Of a DNA stretch of 64,000 nucleotides, positions 61,105 through 64,000 are shown one piece after another. The translations under genes and the position numbers were made by a program. The notes beneath the pieces were generated by a model. The model did no database searches and was not told the origin of the DNA. It worked only from the letters and a program-made list of their open reading frames with translations. Positions within the stretch are counted from its first letter, which is position 1. The number at the start of each line of letters is the position of its first letter. The DNA lies in the NCBI GenBank assembly GCA_963737985.1, contig CAVTUU010000001.1:130414-194413 (forward strand). The letters are read 5' to 3'. Origin of the DNA: an uncultured Chloroflexia bacterium (GTDB lineage: Bacteria > Chloroflexota > Chloroflexia > Thermomicrobiales > UBA6265).

Positions 61105-62586
61105 TTAATTCTGTGTTGCCCATTCAGTGTGAAAGACGCCTTCTCGATCGATGCGCTTGTACGTATGCGCGCCGAAGAAATCGCGTTGTGCCTGTGTCAA
61201 GTTTGCCGGCAATGATGCCGTGCGATAGCTATCAACATAGTCGAGTGAAGCGCTTATCGCGGGAATTGGAATTCCGTACTCTCGCGCGAGTGATGTCACT
61301 CGCCGCACCGAGCCAGACGACTCATTGATCACTGTTGCAACCTCGGGCGCGAGTAGGAGGTTGTCAAGATCAGGATTTTGGCTAAAGGCCTGCATAATCG
61401 TGTCAAGCAGCGCGGCGCGAATGATGCAACCAGCCTTCCAGATTCGAGCGATTTCCGCCAGGTTGAGATCGTAACTGTATGTATCTGATGCCGCCCACAG
61501 GAGCGCCATCCCTTGCGCATAGGAAGAGAATTTCGCGAAGTACAGTGCGTTTTCTAAGTCTGCCAAGATTTCATCCGACGGATCAAGCTTGTCGACAGTT
61601 GGTCCAGTCAAAATTGAACTTGCTGCGACACGTTTCGCCTTCATCGACGAGATCGTTCTCGCGAAAACCGCGGCATCGATCGTCGGTACCGGCGTTGCCA
61701 GCTCAAGGGCATTCTCGCTCGTCCACCGGCCCGTGCCTTTTTGCTCCGCCTGGTCGAGAATAACATCGACTAGCGGAGAACCAGTTTCGGGATCCTGATA
61801 TTTCAGCGCTTCCGCGGTGATTTCGATCAGGAATGACGATAACTTTCCGGTATTCCATCGCGCAAAAACATCACTAATAGCGGAAGCGCTCATTCCGAGC
61901 GCCCGTCTCATGATGTCGTAAATCTCCGCGATGAGCTGCATGTCGCCGTATTCGATGCCGTTGTGAACCATCTTGACATAGTGACCGGAGCCACCTGGTC
62001 CGATATGGGTCACGCACGGACCAGAGTCAGATTTGGCGGCGATGGCGACAAGCATCGGTTCGAGAATTTCGTAGGCCGAAGCGGGCCCACCAGGCATGAG
62101 ACTCGGTCCCCAAAGGGCGCCCTCTTCTCCACCAGACACGCCCATTCCGACGAATCGCAAGCCCGCTGCTTCCAGTTCGCTCGACCGGCGCTCAGTATCT
62201 TTGAAGAAGGAGTTGCCGCCGTCGATGATCATGTCGTCTGCGGCAAGGAACGGCTTGAGCTCTTGAATAACCGCGTCAATAGCCGCTCCTGCCTTCACCA
62301 TGATCAAGATTCGGCGCGGGCGAGTAAGCGATTGAACGAAGTCTTCGATGGTGAAACTCGCCTGTACGTCCAACCTCGTCGCGCGTTCGGCAAGGAACTC
62401 CTTGGTGCGTTCAGAAGTCCGGTTATAGACGGCGATGGGGAAGCCATTACGCTCGATATTTAGCGCGAGGTTTTCCCCCATCACAGCTAAACCGACGACA
62501 CCGATATGTCGCTCTCCATACTCCTTGGTGGCGGCTGAGAGGCTCGCGGCACGATCGGACTTCGCGACCGAACCAGAATCGACCAT
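61105..62586 (-). CDS. gndA: NADP-dependent 6-phosphogluconate dehydrogenase
   Basis: GLAVMGENL, YNRT, GVSGGEEGA, KMVHNGIEY, QAQRDFFGAHTY. Confidence 0.97.
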   Translation of the reverse strand: MVDSGSVAKSDRAASLSAATKEYGERHIGVVGLAVMGENLALNIERNGFPIAVYNRTSERTKEFLAERATRLDVQASFTIEDFVQSLTRPRRILIMVKAGAAIDAVIQELKPFLAADDMIIDGGNSFFKDTERRSSELEAAGLRFVGMGVSGGEEGALWGPSLMPGGPASAYEILEPMLVAIAAKSDSGPCVTHIGPGGSGHYVKMVHNGIEYGDMQLIAEIYDIMRRALGMSASAISDVFARWNTGKLSSFLIEITAEALKYQDPETGSPLVDVILDQAEQKGTGRWTSENALELATPVPTIDAAVFARTISSMKAKRVAASSILTGPTVDKLDPSDEILADLENALYFAKFSSYAQGMALLWAASDTYSYDLNLAEIARIWKAGCIIRAALLDTIMQAFSQNPDLDNLLLAPEVATVINESSGSVRRVTSLAREYGIPIPAISASLDYVDSYRTASLPANLTQAQRDFFGAHTYKRIDREGVFHTEWATQN

Positions 62587-62658
62587 GAGTTCCTACTTTC
62601 AGTTACAAGAATCGACAAAACTCGCGATTGATTTCACGCATGATCAGTTTCGCGAGGG

Positions 62659-63804
62659 CTACCCAGTCGCAACCGCCTCTTTCAGAGCGGAGCGCTTGTT
62701 CTCGACGCCATCAAGAAGCGTTTCGAAGGACTTGGTGAACGATTCAATGCCGTCATTTTCAAGCTGAGTGGTAACTGCCCGTAGGTCGATGCCAGCTTTG
62801 GCGAGGTCGGCGATCACTCGTTCCGCTCTCTCGAAATGCTGATCAACCGTTCGTTGCACCGTGCCGTGATCGAGGAAAGCGGTAAGCGTCTTTACTGGCA
62901 TCGTATTGACCGTGTCCGGCCCAATCAATGTCTCGATGTAGAGCACGTCGCTGTACGCTGGGTTCTTTGTCCCGGTGCTGGCCCACAATGGGCGCTGGAC
63001 TTGTGCTCCCGCCGCGCGCAACGCCGCGAATCTATCGCTCTCAAAGATTTCAAGGAACTTGGCGTACGCGAGTTGAGCGTTGGCGACAGCGACTTTTCCA
63101 TGAAGCGATTGAAGCAGCTCGTTGTCGTTACCGCTCGAAGAGGCGATCTTCTCGTCAAGCTGCTTATCAACAAGCGTATCTACGCGACTCACAAAGAACG
63201 ACGCTACCGAGGAGAGGCGATCGACTGGTTCACCCGCGGCAACTCGCGCCTCAACAGCGGACACGAATGCAAGCGCGACGCGCTCATAGTTTTCGATCGA
63301 GAAAAGTAGCGTGATGTTGATATTGATGCCCTTGCGCAACATCTCTTCGACCACTGGAGCGCCTTCAGCAGTTCCGGGGATCTTCACCATTAGGTTTGGG
63401 CGGTCGACCGCGTTCCAGAGGCGCTCGACCTCTTCGCGAGTCAGGTTCGCATCGCGCGCAGCGCCGGGCGAAACCTCGATCGAGACGAACCCGTCTTTAC
63501 CTTCCGACTCGTCATAGACCGGCCTCAAGACATCTGCGGCGTTTCGGATATCCTCGACCTCGACGGCCTCGAATATCTGCGGAGCAGCCAGCCCTTGGCG
63601 AAGCAGGTTGAGGATCGCGTCGTCATAATCGGTCCCGCTCGAGATCGCCTTTTCGAAAATTGTCGGATTCGACGTTAGGCCTCGAATACCGATTTCTTCG
63701 ACCCGGCGCTTCAATTCACCCGAGTTGATCATGCCGCGACCAATGTCGTCGAGCCAAACGCTTTGACCTTCAGCAAGAAGTTGTTCGATCGTATTGTTAG
63801 CCAT
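62659..63804 (-). CDS. tal: Transaldolase
   Basis: GQSVWLDD, TSNPTIF, VKIP, NITLLFS, ASFFVSR, RPLWASTGTK. Confidence 0.96.
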   Translation of the reverse strand: MANNTIEQLLAEGQSVWLDDIGRGMINSGELKRRVEEIGIRGLTSNPTIFEKAISSGTDYDDAILNLLRQGLAAPQIFEAVEVEDIRNAADVLRPVYDESEGKDGFVSIEVSPGAARDANLTREEVERLWNAVDRPNLMVKIPGTAEGAPVVEEMLRKGININITLLFSIENYERVALAFVSAVEARVAAGEPVDRLSSVASFFVSRVDTLVDKQLDEKIASSSGNDNELLQSLHGKVAVANAQLAYAKFLEIFESDRFAALRAAGAQVQRPLWASTGTKNPAYSDVLYIETLIGPDTVNTMPVKTLTAFLDHGTVQRTVDQHFERAERVIADLAKAGIDLRAVTTQLENDGIESFTKSFETLLDGVENKRSALKEAVATG

Positions 63805-63829
63805 CTAGATGCTCCATTCTGAAGTAGAA

Positions 63830-64000
63830 CTATGAGTGACCTTCATCGCCTGATGATTGGACACCGGCGGTTTGGCCGTTGTTCACGGTGTCTATGTTGG
63901 CCGCCTCATCATTTCGACCCAGGAGCCGTAATGCTTCGGCAGCAACATGTTCGGCAGTGAACCCGAAATGGGCGAGCACCTTCGCGCCCGGTCCCGATGC
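63830..64000 (-). CDS. tkt: Transketolase C-terminus (partial, continues beyond the window)
   Basis: Translated by hand: ASGPGAKVLAHFGFTAEHVAAEALRLLG...GHS*; directly upstream of tal. Confidence 0.85.
   Translation of the reverse strand, partial: ASGPGAKVLAHFGFTAEHVAAEALRLLGRNDEAANIDTVNNGQTAGVQSSGDEGHS

Overview
Ordinary, densely coding core-genome segment of a bacterium; the protein sequences and gene set suggest Chloroflexota, probably Thermomicrobia-like (inference from recognition, no search run). Contents: cell-wall genes (FemABX-family ligase, murE, murJ, D,D-carboxypeptidase, mreB), translation and replication genes (aspS, lepA, rpsT, holA, EF-G2, RNase H, ffh, ftsY, trmH, mutS), a likely 6S RNA, tRNA-Val(GAC), an RpoD-family sigma factor, a PhoB/PhoP-pstSCAB-phoU operon preceded by six 11-bp-period Pho-box-like repeats, malQ plus a GH57 branching enzyme, and a tkt-tal-gnd-zwf-opcA-pgl-rpiA pentose-phosphate operon. 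I found no mobile element, CRISPR array, rRNA or defence island, and no large novel multigene system that I can support. The best leads are small: (1) a promoter/11-codon Pro-Pro leader peptide/terminator arrangement in front of the sigma factor, resembling an attenuator; (2) an RBS-sequestering leader on EF-G2; (3) the Pho-box array with a possibly leaderless, kinase-less regulator; (4) a non-DAP MurE motif coupled to a Fem ligase and a Tat-exported beta-propeller; (5) several enzyme homologues with altered catalytic motifs. Several genes are broken by apparent single-base insertions, most likely sequencing or assembly errors.
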